A stretch of 43,975 bases of DNA from Methylophilaceae bacterium (lineage in GTDB: Bacteria; Pseudomonadota; Gammaproteobacteria; Burkholderiales; Methylophilaceae): positions 1-43,975 of the forward strand of contig JAVEWT010000001.1 in the NCBI GenBank assembly GCA_034004425.1, given 5' to 3'. The notes below the pieces were generated by a model. The model was not told the origin of the DNA, did not search any database, and worked only from the letters and a program-made list of their open reading frames with translations. Positions 43,393 to 43,975 of the stretch are shown in pieces (position 1 is the stretch's first letter; each line of letters opens with the position of its first letter). A program made the translations under genes and the position numbers.

Positions 43393-43422
43393 GGAGTCAT
43401 TTTAACTTGTTAAAAACAATAA

Positions 43423-43569
43423 GCCACAGAGAGCACAGAGGACACAGAGAAAACCGTCTGGATATAACTCTTGACCTGTTTTGCGGAGTGGTTCTGCACG
43501 ACATCTGCATTATCTGCGCAAAATGCATCATCCATGTTTTCACTCTGTAATCTCTGTGTCCTCTGTGGC
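43423..43569. repeat. Fold-back element with inverted arms of three 9-bp nnnACAGAG units each (MITE-like)
   Basis: Left arm GCCACAGAG-AGCACAGAG-GACACAGAG; right arm (reverse complement) GCCACAGAG-GACACAGAG-ATTACAGAG. Confidence 0.8.
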
Positions 43570-43613
43570 CGGCAAGGTTTGACCAGACATGACTGTGCGC
43601 TACCATACGCGGC

Positions 43614-43975
43614 ATGGAAGCAAATAAATCAGCACCTCCCAAGAACTACATCACGCCCGAAGGCTTTGCCGCACTGGAAGAAGAGTTCCAACATCTGCGC
43701 AAGGTGGAGCGGCCGGAGGTCGTGCGCACCGTAGCCTGGGCGGCGAGCAACGGCGACCGTTCGGAGAACGGCGACTATATCTACGGCAAAAAACGCCTGC
43801 GCCAGATCGATTCGCGCATGCGCTTCCTGATAAAGCGCATGGACAACGCCGAGGTGGTCGACCCTGCCCTGCAGCAGGGACTGGAAAGAGTCTTCTTCGG
43901 CGCTTGGGTCACGCTCTACTCGCTGCAGCGCGACAGCGAGCATCTCTACCGCATCGTCGGCCAGGACGAACTGGC
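43614..43975 (+). CDS. greB: Transcription elongation factor GreB (truncated by the window edge)
   Basis: Translated by hand: MEANKSAPPKNYITPEG...ERPEVVRTVAWAASNGDRSENGDYIYGKKRLRQIDSR...VFFGAWV...YRIVGQDE. Confidence 0.95.
   Translation, partial: MEANKSAPPKNYITPEGFAALEEEFQHLRKVERPEVVRTVAWAASNGDRSENGDYIYGKKRLRQIDSRMRFLIKRMDNAEVVDPALQQGLERVFFGAWVTLYSLQRDSEHLYRIVGQDEL

Noticed and set aside
43423-43569. Possible CRISPR mini-array
   Set aside because: The units are 9 bp, tandem and inverted, with no spacers and no cas genes.
43344-43734. ORFs containing HREHRGHRE or LCPLCSLW / CNLCVLC that look like metal-binding peptides
   Set aside because: These motifs are translations of the 9-bp ACAGAG repeats, and the ORFs overlap addB or greB.

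Overview
A ~44 kb, GC-rich, mostly housekeeping chromosomal window, most likely from a betaproteobacterial methylotroph of the family Methylophilaceae. This taxonomy is inferred from gene content and was not checked against any database. Left to right it contains: a truncated MoxY/MxcQ-like HAMP-HisKA_3 sensor kinase; an alaA-hom-thrC-thyA run; an Mth938-like gene; fabA-fabB followed by a membrane EAL-only phosphodiesterase; a stand-alone mxaRSACKL cluster with no MDH structural genes; ygfX and ygfZ with sdhE missing between them; pyrG-kdsA-eno-ftsB; a 44-aa DUF3149-type membrane protein behind a perfect FNR box; ychJ; an ABC-F gene; yhdP-nitrilase-tldD; a histone-H1-like/DUF2934 gene; mfd; two small hypothetical genes; addAB-like helicase/nuclease genes; and a truncated greB. 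I found no CRISPR array, tRNA, rRNA, prophage or transposase. The most unusual non-coding item is a ~147-bp fold-back element between addB and greB, built from 9-bp nnnACAGAG units.
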